15,691 bases of DNA from Calditrichia bacterium. GTDB lineage: Bacteria; Calditrichota; Calditrichia; RBG-13-44-9. The stretch lies in NCBI GenBank assembly GCA_037381445.1, contig JARRQT010000044.1, positions 12,758 to 28,448 on the forward strand. Direction: 5' to 3'. The notes beneath the pieces were generated by a model. That model saw only the letters and a list, made by a program, of their open reading frames with translations. It had not been told where the DNA came from and did no database searches. The number at the start of each line of letters is the position of its first letter. Positions within the stretch are counted from its first letter, which is position 1. The position numbers and the translations under genes were made by a program. Of this stretch, positions 15,275-15,691 are shown piece by piece.

Positions 15275-15691
15275 TCACCCTTGGACTTCCTCGAAGGCTT
15301 TCAACACTTCATCGGCATGTTCTTTAACATCCACCTTGGTAAAGATGTGGACAATTTTTCCGTTTTCGTCGATGAGATACGTGTAACGCTTCGCGGCCAG
15401 CGAACCCATAATCCCGGCATCCGCGCCATAGGCTTTGGCAGCTTCTTTCTTCTCATCACTCAATAATGTGAAGGGAAGATTATATTTTTCTTTGAATTTC
15501 CGGTGCGATTCCGGCGAATCATAACTCACCCCCAGGATCACAATGCCGGCATCCTGTATTTCTTTGTATCCGTCCCTGAAACTGCACGCCTCCGCGGTGC
15601 ATCCCGGCGTATCGTCTTTGGGATAAAAATAAAGCACAATTTTTTTCCCCTTGAATTCATCGAGGCTGCGGATTTTCCCATCCTGATCTTT
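15275..15691 (-). CDS. bcp: BCP/PrxQ peroxiredoxin (5' end outside the window)
   Basis: The frame stays open to the window edge: KDQDGKIRSLDEFKGKKIVLYFYPKDDTPGCTAEACSFRD, with the PxxxTxxCxxxxC active site, GVSYDSPESH and RYTYLIDENGKI. Confidence 0.95.
   Translation of the reverse strand, partial: KDQDGKIRSLDEFKGKKIVLYFYPKDDTPGCTAEACSFRDGYKEIQDAGIVILGVSYDSPESHRKFKEKYNLPFTLLSDEKKEAAKAYGADAGIMGSLAAKRYTYLIDENGKIVHIFTKVDVKEHADEVLKAFEEVQG

Noticed and set aside
15275..15277. TGA stop of bcp as possible selenocysteine recoding
   Set aside because: It falls at the normal family C-terminus and is followed immediately by TAA. The active-site residues are ordinary Cys codons.
1..15691. CRISPR arrays, IS elements, prophage or defence genes, tRNA/rRNA
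   Set aside because: No regularly spaced repeats, transposase or integrase motifs, or tRNA-like folds were seen. Nearly all of the sequence is explained by housekeeping genes.

Overview
A gene-dense bacterial housekeeping window, mostly on the minus strand. It has no mobile element, CRISPR array, tRNA or rRNA. From right to left it holds: a 5'-truncated BCP-type peroxiredoxin, an RDD membrane protein, etfB-etfA (+ strand), the rplM-rpsI-[t44/S2 leader]-rpsB-tsf-pyrH-frr translation cluster, lpxB, a 79-aa orphan gene (+), a complete ccmABCDEF cytochrome c maturation operon and a PpiC/SurA-like lipoprotein. The gene order suggests an FCB-related diderm such as Calditrichota or Ignavibacteria (inference). 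The most interesting part is 93-7160. The Ccm operon is the variant 'System I*' type: CcmE has CxxxY instead of HxxxY, and there is no ccmG/H/I in the operon. It includes a 47-aa ccmD missing from the ORF track. A perfect 9-2-9 palindrome fills the spacer of the predicted ccm promoter, and a small putative helix-turn-helix gene is transcribed divergently from it, which together suggest an uncharacterised regulator-operator pair. A parvulin lipoprotein lacking its catalytic histidines follows the operon. I cannot show a wholly new system from sequence alone; these are testable leads.
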